DNA of 64,000 nt from a virus. Its lineage: Duplodnaviria > Caudoviricetes. Made by a program: the position numbers and the translations under genes. The DNA lies in the IMG/VR virus record IMGVR_UViG_3300017914_002346, one strand, 5' to 3'. Positions 1 to 8,758 of this stretch are shown piece after piece (within the stretch, counting starts at the first letter, position 1; every line of letters starts with the position of its first letter). A model generated the notes under the pieces. It searched no databases. It worked only from the letters and a program-made list of their open reading frames with translations, and was not told the DNA's origin.

Positions 1-1
1 G

Positions 2-709
2 CACAATCAGGTTATCTTGTTCACCTGCTTCTACATAAGCACCGTCTGTTCTCATTGAACGACACTTCTTGCCTTTTTTATCACCACGTGCTTTTGATGC
101 TGCTTTTGCAATCTTATCTTTGCCACAATAACCTTTCTGGTTTACCATTTCTGCAAACGATGCACGAGTACCAGATGTTGTTGGTGGACCATAGACACGA
201 ATTGCTGTGTCAGGTAAGTTAGGGTTGATATCTGACCATTTCTTAAATGGATTCGCAATCCACTGGTCACAATTAAAGTTGCGGCCTGAGCCTTCGTAAC
301 ATGCAGGTACTTCAGCTGTCAATGCCATACCAAGTTCTGCACGAGTAATGTTTAATGGGTTACCATCTACTGAATGTGCTAAGACGATACCGTCATAGCC
401 AACTTTTATTTCTGTGAGTGTCACATTGTTTGCATTACAATAATCAAGTTCCTTCTGCTTCATGCGAGAAGATGCATTACCGATATCAATAAATTCTGTA
501 CCAATACCGTCACAAACACCTTTTTTACCAACAGACGATCCGCCAGATTCTACGATTGGTGTTTTATGATTTGGATTTTTGCCAAGTTCTTCAGCAACGA
601 TTGTCGCAAACGGAAGTACTGTTGACGATCCTGCAATAGAAATATAATCTCTTGCATAAGCTTGAGTTGACAGACATATTGCTGCCATAGTTAGTAAGAT
701 TTTTTTCAT
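2..709 (-). CDS. pstS: Phosphate ABC transporter substrate-binding protein PstS (3' end runs off window)
   Basis: Manual translation MKKILLTMAAICLSTQAYARDYISIAGSSTVLPF...VESGGSSVG...GYDGIV...YGPPTTSGTRASF; signal peptide; AAGGAG SD and TATAAT upstream. Confidence 0.92.
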   Translation of the reverse strand, partial: MKKILLTMAAICLSTQAYARDYISIAGSSTVLPFATIVAEELGKNPNHKTPIVESGGSSVGKKGVCDGIGTEFIDIGNASSRMKQKELDYCNANNVTLTEIKVGYDGIVLAHSVDGNPLNITRAELGMALTAEVPACYEGSGRNFNCDQWIANPFKKWSDINPNLPDTAIRVYGPPTTSGTRASFAEMVNQKGYCGKDKIAKAASKARGDKKGKKCRSMRTDGAYVEAGEQDNLIV

Positions 710-797
710 GGGAACTCCTTAATGTAAAAAAACTATTATAGGGTATTTACATATAGTTTTTAGAGTTTCATAAAAAGTTAATATGTAATAAAAACAA

Positions 798-932
798 CTA
801 TCCCGGGCCGTTAGTAAAAGAGTCCGGGATATCTTTATCATTACATTTGCATTCATAACATACATCGTTTACACACTCTTTACAGGATTCATTACAATGA
901 CATTCATGACCACATTTTTTACATTTGTTCAT
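798..932 (-). CDS. 44-aa Cys-rich metallothionein-like micro-protein (not in ORF track)
   Basis: MNKCKKCGHECHCNESCKECVNDVCYECKCNDKDIPDSFTNGPG*; 9 Cys + 2 His; GGAG SD; overlaps stop of upstream gene. Confidence 0.75.
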   Translation of the reverse strand: MNKCKKCGHECHCNESCKECVNDVCYECKCNDKDIPDSFTNGPG

Positions 933-1557
933 CTTCCACTCCAATAAAATCTATAAATTGCTCTTGATCTTCAATATTGTTAAAAACATAACTACAAGTT
1001 AGTCTTGGACCACTTTTTCCGTTTTTAGCACAGTGCCAGAAAATATCTTTACTTGAATTACCAAAATAACCAGCTTTAGCTGTCCATCCAGGTTTATCTT
1101 GAATAGTAATAATTTCTTTAGATACAGGGTCTTTATATCTAAAAAAGCCATTTCCGGTTTCAGAAAAAGTAAAGATAATGTTATAACCAGGTCTGTTGGA
1201 ATTTGTATGCCAACCTATAAAGCCATCTGGTGGGTAAATACTAGCTAAAGTACGTTCAGAGCTAGATACTACGTTATCAATATTTGTTAAATGCCAAACG
1301 AAATCATGATAATAAGGAATAAAGTCATCTGTTTTATCTACTGTATAATTAAAATCAAATAAGAAACTATCATCTGGGTAGAATTTATCTTCTTTAAAAG
1401 AATTGAGACAATTTTCAGTAACTACATATTCATAATCATTTCCATTAACAATACCATGAGTAAAAATTAACTTAGCCGGGTTAATATCTAAAATATAATC
1501 GGACCATTCATATAATTTATCTGATAATTTTGAGTTATTAATTTCTATATTTTTCAT
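919..1557 (-). CDS. 2OG-Fe(II) oxygenase / cupin-like protein
   Basis: YPPDGFIGWHTN...FWHCA...R pattern of a jelly-roll oxygenase. Confidence 0.6.
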   Translation of the reverse strand: MKNIEINNSKLSDKLYEWSDYILDINPAKLIFTHGIVNGNDYEYVVTENCLNSFKEDKFYPDDSFLFDFNYTVDKTDDFIPYYHDFVWHLTNIDNVVSSSERTLASIYPPDGFIGWHTNSNRPGYNIIFTFSETGNGFFRYKDPVSKEIITIQDKPGWTAKAGYFGNSSKDIFWHCAKNGKSGPRLTCSYVFNNIEDQEQFIDFIGVEDEQM

Positions 1558-2168
1558 TCGTTTTCTAATTCATCTACATAGTCTATATAACTTAACCAAC
1601 CAGTTGCGATAAATTTATCAGTATCGCATATTTCACCTCTATGTGTGTATGTCCAATCTGCAGGCCATATGACTGTATTACCTTTTCTTGCTTCTAATTT
1701 TAGCTGTTGATGCTGAAAAAATGTTCCTCCATTTTCAACTGTATTTAGATAAGTCATAAAAACTAAAACCCTTTCTTGGGAAAGTTTACTTGGAGCTCTT
1801 TCATAATGCCAAGGAAAAAAACCTTGATTAGGTTTGTAATATTGGATGTTCCACCCATATCTAATTCCTAAAGAATGGCCGTTTCTCAAACAAGGAAAAC
1901 CAGAAACATAGTTTTTAATACAAATACTTAAAGTATCCATATAGTCTTTTACTTCTTTATATTTTTCAATATCTTGTTCCATAATTGATATATCTGTAGA
2001 TATTTTAATAGGTTTTTTATCCCATTTTCTATCTTTTCTATTAACATCATGATATAAATTTTTATTACTATGAAAAAAATTAACTAAATTATCGCAGACA
2101 TCTTCAGGAATAGACCACCCTTTAAGAAAGGGGTCGTCTATATCAAGCGGCTTATAATTTTTAATCAT
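1554..2168 (-). CDS. 2OG-Fe(II) oxygenase
   Basis: IQYYKP..GFFPWHYE...RVLVFMTYLN..GGT...WTYTHRG...KFIATGW. Confidence 0.85.
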   Translation of the reverse strand: MIKNYKPLDIDDPFLKGWSIPEDVCDNLVNFFHSNKNLYHDVNRKDRKWDKKPIKISTDISIMEQDIEKYKEVKDYMDTLSICIKNYVSGFPCLRNGHSLGIRYGWNIQYYKPNQGFFPWHYERAPSKLSQERVLVFMTYLNTVENGGTFFQHQQLKLEARKGNTVIWPADWTYTHRGEICDTDKFIATGWLSYIDYVDELENE

Positions 2169-2701
2169 ACCAATCTAGGACCTTCAAACCAACAAGATAA
2201 AGAAATTCTTTCTCCTTTAGTAACAGGAGATACTTTGTGCGGAATAAATGAGGGAAATATTATTGCTGTTCCTTTTTCTCTTAACTCTTCAACAACTAAA
2301 GGCTTCCCAGGAGATAACATGAAATCGCCTCCTTCAAAATCATTTTCAGAGACATTAACGATAAAAGTTAATTTTAAATCTCTTAATTCACCGAAAGGAG
2401 TTGCATCAATATGCCAATCATAGTTGTTATGATTTTTAGAATATAAATTAAGATTTACACCGGGAGGATATCTATCTATATTAAAACCATATATTCTTTC
2501 ATTTATGGTTCTAGTTAGGTTATTAAAATTAGGAAGATATATATCTTCATCGTTAGAGGAACATTGCCAACTTTTAACTTCTTTATAATCTGTTCCTAAG
2601 TCATCTTCTTTTATTTTATTTTGTTTGTAAAAATTAATAGCTTTATCGCAGTCTTCGCTGGATAAAACATTAGGTTCTATCCAATAATGATATAAATACA
2701 T
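2165..2701 (-). CDS. 2OG-Fe(II) oxygenase (PKHD/prolyl-hydroxylase type)
   Basis: YDWHID...KLT...FEGGDF...FPSFIPHKVSPVTKGERISLSCW. Confidence 0.9.
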   Translation of the reverse strand: MYLYHYWIEPNVLSSEDCDKAINFYKQNKIKEDDLGTDYKEVKSWQCSSNDEDIYLPNFNNLTRTINERIYGFNIDRYPPGVNLNLYSKNHNNYDWHIDATPFGELRDLKLTFIVNVSENDFEGGDFMLSPGKPLVVEELREKGTAIIFPSFIPHKVSPVTKGERISLSCWFEGPRLV

Positions 2702-2715
2702 ATTTTAAAAAACTC

Positions 2716-4377
2716 CTACCATTGAGATTGTTTACTATATTTTATTCTTACGGCGCCGCCTTTGCCTCTTTCACCAATTCTATTTGTGGTTTGAAAATAG
2801 TTGTTATTAGCTCTTGTCCCGGCGCCTTTGCCTCCTCCTCCATATTCGTAATTAGACCAAGGAGAACCATCACCTCCATTTGAAGCGTTGTTTGTTTGAT
2901 AACTAGTACCAGAACCTCCGGCACCATTTGCGCCAGATCCATCTAGTCCGACGCCTCCTCCGTTACCCGGAGATTTCAGAGAAGAGCCACCGCCTCCTCC
3001 GCCTGTTATACCGGTGTCACCAGCACCCCCGTTTTGACCGCCATGGCCTCCTGCGCCGTTCCATCCACCAGCGCCGCCACCACCGCCGCCCCATGAGCCT
3101 ACGTTATTAGCGTTGTTGTAAACGTAATACCCTGGACCTCCAGATCCACCTCTGTTAGAATTACCTTGTGTTCTGGAGCTTCCTGGAGGATTTGAACCAA
3201 AATTATTATTTGCAGCACCACCTGGCATTAGATTATTACTGTTTCCTGTAGGACCTTGACCGCTAGCCGCTTGACCACCATTAGCATAAAGACTACCAGC
3301 ATAATTTGTTTGTTTACGCCAAAAGGATTGACCACCATTCGCGGTTCTATTTCCACCTTTACCAACTCGAAGTTCAAATACAGTTCCTGATTGAGCACCG
3401 GTCCAGGATGCCCAAGTTGTGGCACCACCTCCTCCTCCACCGGCGCCGTATGCTGCCTGGTTGGTATCATTACCACCTCCTCCTCCACCAACTGCTACTA
3501 CAGAAAAATCAGTTACGTTAGATGGTAATGTATAGTTATAGTCTGTAAAACCGGCATTAGTATTTGAATAATTCTGGGCCGGATTATCTCCCCAAACATA
3601 TTGCCCCGTCGGGTGGGTAACAGAAGTGTCGTTAATTTGAACTGATGCACCAGAAGAACCATCAGTTCTAAGAGTTGTACCGGAGCCATTTGCCAATCTA
3701 GTAACTGTAAACGTAAAAGTTTGGTTTCCTTCAGTAGCCTCATCGGCATTAATACTAATAGTACAATTACCTGTACCCGAACTGTTAGTAGTAATATAAC
3801 CTGCTTCAGATGTCATTGAACCTGAATTAAAAGTAACCGTACCGGTACTCGGGCTACCTGTAGTTACGTTAGTGATATCTGCAGATTGAACACCTGTAAT
3901 TTTATAATAAATTCTTTTAGCGTTTCCTAAATTACTAGTAGTTACACTCATTGTAACTGTAGACCCTTCATCTACTGAAGATGCGCCTCTAGTAACTGCT
4001 GATACAGATGGTGTTAGAGAAGTGTCATTAATTTGAACAGTAGATGTAGAGCCATCTGGCGCAAAACTTTGAAAATCTGAATTTAAGTTAAAAGTCATAT
4101 TTTCTGTGCCTTCAGTAAGACTATCAGCACTTGTAGTTAAAGTAACACTTCCTGTTTCATTTTCATTAATAGTTATATTACCATTTAAACTTCCAGAGCT
4201 TAAGTCAGCTGATGAAATACCGGTTATATTATAACCAATTGATTCACCTGCAAATCCAGATGTGTTAAGTGTAAAAGTAACTGAAGAGCCTTCATTAACA
4301 GATGCAGCTGATCTACTTATAGTAATACTTTTACTATTTCCTCCTGTTAATACTGATCTTGCAAAAGCGAGTGGCAT
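2716..4377 (-). CDS. Putative adhesin / tail-fibre tip protein: two Ig/Calx-beta-like repeats plus glycine-rich C-terminal domain
   Basis: Start reassigned to MPLAFARS (AGGAG SD); two SV(N/D)EGS.VT...D..TEG.....F...VQINDTS repeats; VVAVGGGGGG and polyglycine stretches ending GGAVRI. Confidence 0.75.
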   Translation of the reverse strand: MPLAFARSVLTGGNSKSITISRSAASVNEGSSVTFTLNTSGFAGESIGYNITGISSADLSSGSLNGNITINENETGSVTLTTSADSLTEGTENMTFNLNSDFQSFAPDGSTSTVQINDTSLTPSVSAVTRGASSVDEGSTVTMSVTTSNLGNAKRIYYKITGVQSADITNVTTGSPSTGTVTFNSGSMTSEAGYITTNSSGTGNCTISINADEATEGNQTFTFTVTRLANGSGTTLRTDGSSGASVQINDTSVTHPTGQYVWGDNPAQNYSNTNAGFTDYNYTLPSNVTDFSVVAVGGGGGGNDTNQAAYGAGGGGGGATTWASWTGAQSGTVFELRVGKGGNRTANGGQSFWRKQTNYAGSLYANGGQAASGQGPTGNSNNLMPGGAANNNFGSNPPGSSRTQGNSNRGGSGGPGYYVYNNANNVGSWGGGGGGAGGWNGAGGHGGQNGGAGDTGITGGGGGGSSLKSPGNGGGVGLDGSGANGAGGSGTSYQTNNASNGGDGSPWSNYEYGGGGKGAGTRANNNYFQTTNRIGERGKGGAVRIKYSKQSQW

Positions 4378-4401
4378 AATAACTCCTATAGTTGTTATAA
4401 A

Positions 4402-4430
4402 GAAAAATGGAGAGTTTTCACTCTCCATTT
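4402..4430 (-). terminator. Rho-independent terminator after the hsp20 operon
   Basis: ATGGAGAG-loop-CTCTCCAT stem followed by a T-run on the minus strand. Confidence 0.7.
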
Positions 4431-4435
4431 ATTTA

Positions 4436-4501
4436 TTAGTTATCTCTTCTTTCAGGTTTATTCATAAACCACTTCGCTTCTTCATATGTGTAAGGCCACA
4501 T
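4436..4501 (-). CDS. 21-aa micro-ORF MWPYTYEEAKWFMNKPERRDN
   Basis: Manual translation; ATG 1 nt after the upstream stop; last ORF before the terminator. Confidence 0.45.
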   Translation of the reverse strand: MWPYTYEEAKWFMNKPERRDN

Positions 4502-4502
4502 A

Positions 4503-4631
4503 TTACACCCAAATCCCTTTGTACTTAAGTTGCTTCATACGATTCTCAAGATCTACATGATCTGTAGCTTGAGCAAGATATGTTTCAACAGGATCTGTTG
4601 CTGTAAAGATTTTCTTGATAAATTTAAGCAC
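4503..4631 (-). CDS. Small DUF3563-like protein (42 aa, GTG start)
   Basis: MLKFIKKIFTATDPVETYLAQATDHVDLENRMKQLKYKGIWV; E.YLA.A.D..DLE.R motif. Confidence 0.65.
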   Translation of the reverse strand: MLKFIKKIFTATDPVETYLAQATDHVDLENRMKQLKYKGIWV

Positions 4632-4845
4632 CGTAAATATCCTTTCTGCTTCTTTCGTTTAACATTGCTGCAATTTCAGCTACTGATTGGTCTTTATAAT
4701 CATGCTGAAGTTTCTGTGCTACCTGCCAGTTAGCTTCCACTGAACGTGACATAGCAATGCCTTTACCGAAAGCATCAAAAAAGTTTACGATACCTTGATA
4801 TAAATCAAGACCTAGAGTATAACCTCTGATCGCTAATTGTGTCAT
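4624..4845 (-). CDS. Hypothetical protein in hsp20 operon
   Basis: ORF with AAGGGG SD, overlapping the hsp20 3' end. Confidence 0.6.
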   Translation of the reverse strand: MTQLAIRGYTLGLDLYQGIVNFFDAFGKGIAMSRSVEANWQVAQKLQHDYKDQSVAEIAAMLNERSRKDIYGA

Positions 4846-5272
4846 TTTCTTTCCCCTTATGACTGTTAATGTTAATCAATTGGGGACGCTTTTCTTTAGG
4901 AAGGACTACTTCTAATTGAATAGCAAGAATTCCATCCATAAGATCTGCTCCGTTGACTTCTGTATACTCAGACAGCCTGAATGACTTTTTAAATTTGCGA
5001 GCTGAAATACCTTTATGAATATACTTCTCAGGCTCTCTACGACGTTCGCGTGAGCCTTCTATAGTAAGAATATTATCTTTCAACTCAATTGAAATATCAT
5101 CTTCTTTGAAACCTGCGACAGCCATTTCTAGCACATAGTTAAGCTCATCTTCTTTCACAACATTGTGAGGAGGATAAGAATCCTGTGCGTGTTTTGATAT
5201 ATTGTCTAGTTCATTGAAAATGTGATCGAAACCTAGAAAAACGTTTCTAGGAAATGCAAAGTTTCCTGTCAT
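4805..5272 (-). CDS. hsp20: Small heat shock protein Hsp20 (IbpA-like)
   Basis: SYPPHNVVK...LEMAVAGF...YIHKGISARKFKKSFRL...DGILAI. Confidence 0.95.
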   Translation of the reverse strand: MTGNFAFPRNVFLGFDHIFNELDNISKHAQDSYPPHNVVKEDELNYVLEMAVAGFKEDDISIELKDNILTIEGSRERRREPEKYIHKGISARKFKKSFRLSEYTEVNGADLMDGILAIQLEVVLPKEKRPQLININSHKGKENDTISDQRLYSRS

Positions 5273-5335
5273 TTATACCTCCATAATTTGGACAGTTAAA
5301 AAGTGACCCGGTCTACCGGCGTCAATATATTTATA
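5273..5335 (-). promoter_or_regulatory. T4 late promoter (TATAAATA, 5328-5335) and ROSE-like structured 5' UTR of hsp20
   Basis: TATAAATA; hairpin GACGCCGG..CCGGGTC; second hairpin ACUGUCCA/UGGAGGU masks the SD with a bulged G. Confidence 0.55.
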
Positions 5336-5339
5336 AAAG

Positions 5340-5660
5340 AAAAGAGAAGTTTTTTCTGTTGCCAGGAAAAACCTCTCCACAAAACCCCGCTAGTTGTACT
5401 TAACTCAACTAGGCAATTGCAGCAAGAGCCTGAGCACGCGGTGAAGTAACTTCTACCTTTGTGCTAAGGATTGATGCGAAAGTAGACTTGCTTTTTGCAG
5501 TTACTTTAATTATACTAAATCTACGCATATTTTTACAACATCTGTCGATCCTATTTCGCCCCCACAAAAAGACTCTCGTCTTGAATGTTTTGGTGGAGGC
5601 GCCGGGTACCGCCCCCGGGTCCAGCCTGTTTATTCTATACGCGATCATAAATCAAGTACA
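5340..5660 (-). ncRNA. ssrA: Circularly permuted two-piece tmRNA (alphaproteobacterial type)
   Basis: Acceptor piece ends GGGGGCGGTACCCGGCGCCTCCACCA at 5591; coding piece starts GGGGGCGAAATAGGATCGAC at 5563; G3-U70 Ala pair; tag ORF 5498-5409; ends approximate. Confidence 0.92.
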
Positions 5661-5663
5661 ATA

Positions 5664-5671
5664 TATTTATA
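5664..5671 (-). promoter_or_regulatory. T4 late promoter upstream of tmRNA
   Basis: TATAAATA on the minus strand just upstream of the acceptor piece. Confidence 0.7.
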
Positions 5672-5703
5672 ATAAATAATTTAAATAAGTTATGGATTAA
5701 ATT

Positions 5704-5922
5704 ATGGCACCAAATTTTAAATTTAAAATAGTTAAGAGTTGGAACGGAGATCTTATGACTTTGGTTGACTCTGAATGGGAACACCCGATGTGGCAGAGAT
5801 CTTTCGATCAAACTATATGGAACAAATATAGAGATAGTGATTTTAACACATTTGATAGCGATTCTATAGCAGCAGATGGTTTTGATTATAAAGACTATCA
5901 TAACGATTCGTTTGAAGTGTAG
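5704..5922 (+). CDS. Small acidic protein with three DS[D/E] motifs
   Basis: 72-aa ORF directly upstream of and co-oriented with 5932..7023. Confidence 0.65.
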   Translation: MAPNFKFKIVKSWNGDLMTLVDSEWEHPMWQRSFDQTIWNKYRDSDFNTFDSDSIAADGFDYKDYHNDSFEV

Positions 5923-5931
5923 GAAAATAAA

Positions 5932-7023
5932 ATGCCTTTTGCCTTTACAAGATCTATTTTAACAGCCGGAGGAAGCGCAAGTTATACTTTTGAGTCTAAC
6001 TCTCAATTTGCTGCTTCATCAAAATACACAAATACATCCACAACAGTTCACATTGATAGTGATGTGTCAGGCAGTTTTTCTGTCGGGCAAGCTATTCAAG
6101 CTCCTAACGGAGATGTAGCTGTTATTTCAGCTGTTAATTATGGTGAGGGTACAAGAACTACTTTAGGTACTACATATTCCCATTTCTTAAAAAGAGTGCA
6201 ATCCGCTATTGCTACGCCTTATAGAAGCGGTCAAACAGGTGGGTTCTTTATCAGATACAATAATAGAAGTTTGTTTACGAGTAATCAGTTGCAAGTGGGT
6301 GATTACTTATCAGCTGGTACATCTTTTAGTCAAGCTAGACAAGTACAACATCATGGTCATTCTATTAATAGTAATCACCAGGTCACTGAAATGCAAGGGA
6401 AAAGAATGAGATGGAGTAATTCTACAGGATCAAGCGCCACAAAACAATATATTCCTTCTAAAAACGGACATCAAGGCGCTGTTTCAAGTCAGTCTACAAG
6501 TGCTCAAGGTGTTACAACTGTTAATTTAAGAAATAATTCCGCTCAATCAGTATTAAGAGATGAATATTTAGATAAAATTAACGGTATTGATATTCCTAAC
6601 GATTTCGTCCAAGGCAATGATCGAGGATATGGTGGTTTTCCTCATACTAACTATTCTAGCTCTGGAATAGGAACGTTTGAAGATTCTATATCTGGTACAG
6701 CTACACAATATGCTAATAGAACTTTTAAACTAGTTACTATGATATCAAATGAAACTGGCTCAACAGCTCCGTTATATGCTAGTGCTAATGTAGATCCCAG
6801 TGATTTTTGGGGTAATCAGGGATCTCCTAACTATACACAATGGTGGAGATCAACAGATGTTTGTTATTTCGTAGAATGGAATGAGCATAGAAATATTTCT
6901 GCATACGGTGGTTCTTTTCAAAATAGAACTTGGTATAGATGGAGACCTAGAACTGTCTTAACTGTTGATGCTAACGGTGATAGTTTTAACCAAGGTGATG
7001 CTATTCTTAGATCCGAAAGTTAG
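5932..7023 (+). CDS. Putative virion adhesin / structural protein
   Basis: Ser/Thr/Gly/Asn-rich; N-terminus MPFAFTRSILTAGG resembles that of 2716..4377. Confidence 0.6.
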   Translation: MPFAFTRSILTAGGSASYTFESNSQFAASSKYTNTSTTVHIDSDVSGSFSVGQAIQAPNGDVAVISAVNYGEGTRTTLGTTYSHFLKRVQSAIATPYRSGQTGGFFIRYNNRSLFTSNQLQVGDYLSAGTSFSQARQVQHHGHSINSNHQVTEMQGKRMRWSNSTGSSATKQYIPSKNGHQGAVSSQSTSAQGVTTVNLRNNSAQSVLRDEYLDKINGIDIPNDFVQGNDRGYGGFPHTNYSSSGIGTFEDSISGTATQYANRTFKLVTMISNETGSTAPLYASANVDPSDFWGNQGSPNYTQWWRSTDVCYFVEWNEHRNISAYGGSFQNRTWYRWRPRTVLTVDANGDSFNQGDAILRSES

Positions 7024-8711
7024 ACTACAATATTATATCTAGCTAACCAGTGTTTAAAATAAACAGCTGCGTAAAAAGTTTTAGGACCATTAGTCTTTCT
7101 CCATTGAATAATATTATCCATTTGATTATCTAATGGTTGTCTAATAACGTTAGCCATCTTACTCATAAACTTTTGTTCTTCTTTACGCCATTCAGCATCA
7201 GGAATAGTCCAACCAGACTTACCTTTATTAATAACATAATCAGGTAAGACGCCGTTAAGACCTTCTCTAGCCAGAAACTTATATTCACCTGGTTTAAAAG
7301 TTTTAGGTTTAAGATTCATCATCTTTACACTAGATGGAATACTCATTACATAGTGATAAAACTTTTGATTAAGAAGAGGGAATCTTCCTTCCATTCCAAA
7401 GTGAGAACCGAACTTATCATTTCTAGTTAAAAAGTCTTCTGCTACTCTAGTTAACATTTCAACAAACAAAGTATTATTTACTCTGTCTTCTCCAAAGACT
7501 TCTGATGGAAACCAACTTTCCATATATTTTCTGTAGCTATCAACAGTAACATACATCTCTTGGTTACTAAGAGGAAGTGCTTTATTAGGACCCCAAGCAA
7601 CGACATCAAAATGATCCCAAAAAGGGCATTCTTCTTTACCATACTGACCGTGAATTGCATAACCTGTGTACATTTCATCTCCACCATCTCCTGAATAGGT
7701 AACAATAGTTCCTTTCTTTCTCATAACTTTATTCATAAAGTAGTAGGAAGGAGTAGATTTGTTAAACACAGGTAATTCTAACGCTTCTACAGACTCGGAA
7801 ATATTATTGTAAAAGTTGTCAGGAGTAACTAAAACTTCTGTATGATTGTAACCATATTGTTCTGCCATCTTAAAAGCTACATTTGCATCATCGTTAACTA
7901 ATTCATTGTTAGTTTGATATCTATTAGTAAATGTATTTCTTTCATTAAGATAGTGTGCGACAGAAGTAGAATCTAAACCACCAGATAGGAACACACCTCT
8001 TTGTCTTACGCCTACATGGCTTTTAGCAATAGCTGTACCTAGTTTAGTCTGAAACTCTTCTTTATCAAAAGCACTAGAATAAAACTTTTTATTCTTCCAT
8101 AGGTTTCCTCTATAAGATTCTGACTTAGAATACACTATAAATTCACCAGGACATAATTTATATAAACCAGAAATAAGAGTAAGAAAACCTGGTACATATC
8201 CGAACGCATTGTAAAGACTAAATGCATACATATCGAGTTTGTTTTCTTTATTCTCTAGAGCATGAATAGATGAAGAGAATATTAAACCATCTTCTTTTGT
8301 AGTTTTATAATATAAAGGTTTTACACCAAAATGATCTCTACAAATAGTAGTGACACCATTTTTGTACCAAGCTACAGCCCACATACCTTCACAATATTCT
8401 AAAAACTTGACTCCATATTTTTGTAGACCTTTAGCCAATACTTCCGTGTCTGTATTAGTTCTACAATTCCATTCATCAAGTTCTTTGTAATTGTAAATAG
8501 CACCATTAAACACCATAACAAAATCACCATCTACATATGGTTGTATAGAGTTTTCAGGTTTATCAAAGATAGCTAATAAGTTATGACCAAAAGTAATATC
8601 TTTATTAGTATAAACGTCACGACCATCAGGACCTCTCCTAGCAGTCGTATCGAGCATTTTATTGACTCTGTCAATTTGATTTGGTTGAGTTATTCCGTTG
8701 ATTCCGCACAT
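7020..8711 (-). CDS. asnB: Asparagine synthase (glutamine-hydrolysing)-like amidotransferase
   Basis: MCGI Ntn start, RGPD, FNGAIYNY, RDHFGVKPLYY, LSGGLDS, SGDGGDE, EGRFPLL. Confidence 0.92.
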   Translation of the reverse strand: MCGINGITQPNQIDRVNKMLDTTARRGPDGRDVYTNKDITFGHNLLAIFDKPENSIQPYVDGDFVMVFNGAIYNYKELDEWNCRTNTDTEVLAKGLQKYGVKFLEYCEGMWAVAWYKNGVTTICRDHFGVKPLYYKTTKEDGLIFSSSIHALENKENKLDMYAFSLYNAFGYVPGFLTLISGLYKLCPGEFIVYSKSESYRGNLWKNKKFYSSAFDKEEFQTKLGTAIAKSHVGVRQRGVFLSGGLDSTSVAHYLNERNTFTNRYQTNNELVNDDANVAFKMAEQYGYNHTEVLVTPDNFYNNISESVEALELPVFNKSTPSYYFMNKVMRKKGTIVTYSGDGGDEMYTGYAIHGQYGKEECPFWDHFDVVAWGPNKALPLSNQEMYVTVDSYRKYMESWFPSEVFGEDRVNNTLFVEMLTRVAEDFLTRNDKFGSHFGMEGRFPLLNQKFYHYVMSIPSSVKMMNLKPKTFKPGEYKFLAREGLNGVLPDYVINKGKSGWTIPDAEWRKEEQKFMSKMANVIRQPLDNQMDNIIQWRKTNGPKTFYAAVYFKHWLARYNIVV

Positions 8712-8758
8712 GTCAATATTATAATAAATAAATTAAATTATTTATTGGAGATAGAAAT

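Noticed and set aside
760-797. Possible Pho box upstream of pstS (GTTTCAT-N4-AGTTAAT, ATGTAAT)
   Set aside because: Weak match, opposite orientation to pstS, in AT-rich DNA; needs a PWM scan
2691-2698. Plus-strand TATAAATA
   Set aside because: Falls within the first codons of a minus-strand gene with no plausible plus-strand target
5409-5648. 79-aa ORF and antisense ORF 5461..5679
   Set aside because: They overlie the tmRNA; only the last 29 codons of the minus ORF are the tag frame
7020-8711. AsnB as a lasso-peptide cyclase with a nearby small ORF as precursor
   Set aside because: Intact N-terminal Cys glutaminase domain; no leader peptidase, RRE or lasso-type precursor visible
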